Shown: piece by piece, positions 37,124 to 37,358 of the stretch
How positions within the stretch are numbered: position 1 is the first letter of the stretch
Layout of the letters: every line of letters starts with the position of its first letter
Origin: a virus
Taxonomy: Duplodnaviria; Caudoviricetes
DNA: 37,358 nt
Strand: one strand, 5' to 3'
IMG/VR virus record: IMGVR_UViG_3300020310_000004
Coordinates: 1 to 37,358 of that record
Made by a program: the position numbers and the translations under genes
The notes under the pieces: model-generated
Seen by the model: the letters and a program-made list of their open reading frames with translations, nothing else
Database searches by the model: none
What the model was told of the DNA's origin: nothing

Positions 37124-37358
37124 ATGGCAGAAATAAAAAAGGAAGAGAAGAGTATTCTTGGTAAAATCAAGGATAAAGTGCTTCCTGATGAGGACGAACA
37201 AGCTGCTATCATCAGTACATTTGTCCGTCTTGGTGTTTTGGTTTGGTCAGGTGGCATACTAACATTGAACTATGTTGCTATACCAGGTGTACCACAACAA
37301 AAGATAGATCCAACTTTCATAGCTTCGGTTTTTACAGGAGTTTTAGCTAGCTTCGGAA
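37124..37358 (+). CDS. Small membrane protein, truncated by the window end (absent from ORF track)
   Basis: Open for 78 codons to the edge: MAEIKKEEKSILGKIKDKVLPDEDEQAAIISTFVRLGVLVWSGGILTLNYVAIPGVPQQKIDPTFIASVFTGVLASFG. Two hydrophobic segments. Confidence 0.8.
   Translation, partial: MAEIKKEEKSILGKIKDKVLPDEDEQAAIISTFVRLGVLVWSGGILTLNYVAIPGVPQQKIDPTFIASVFTGVLASFG

Overview
AT-rich fragment of a large T4-like cyanomyovirus genome, probably related to the P-SSM2/S-SM2-type phages (lineage is inference). All credible genes lie on the + strand and form a late structural cluster: GT-A glycosyltransferase-like gene, an unannotated 38-aa basic ORF, a small hypothetical, baseplate genes gp25-gp6-gp7 (4404 aa)-gp8, a 2443-aa VrlC/DUF4815-like virion protein, four small ORFs, a 2309-aa mosaic fibre, gp13-gp14-gp15-gp16, and the truncated start of a small membrane protein. 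T4-type late promoters (TATAAATA and variants) and many TAATG/ATGA overlaps are present. Most notable observations: (1) Russian-doll nesting of repeat domains four deep inside gp7, with similar domain-in-domain insertions in the fibre; (2) a short G-[IVLF]-[GSAT]-[TS] motif that recurs in several unrelated virion proteins, with a glycosyltransferase at the head of the cluster, which may mark a virion O-glycosylation system (hypothesis); (3) a polyproline plus protamine-like Arg-rich insert in the VrlC-like protein; (4) 90/180-bp tandem arrays in the fibre shaft. Family assignments come from recognising motifs by eye, not from database searches. No RNA genes, CRISPR arrays, inteins or mobile elements were seen.
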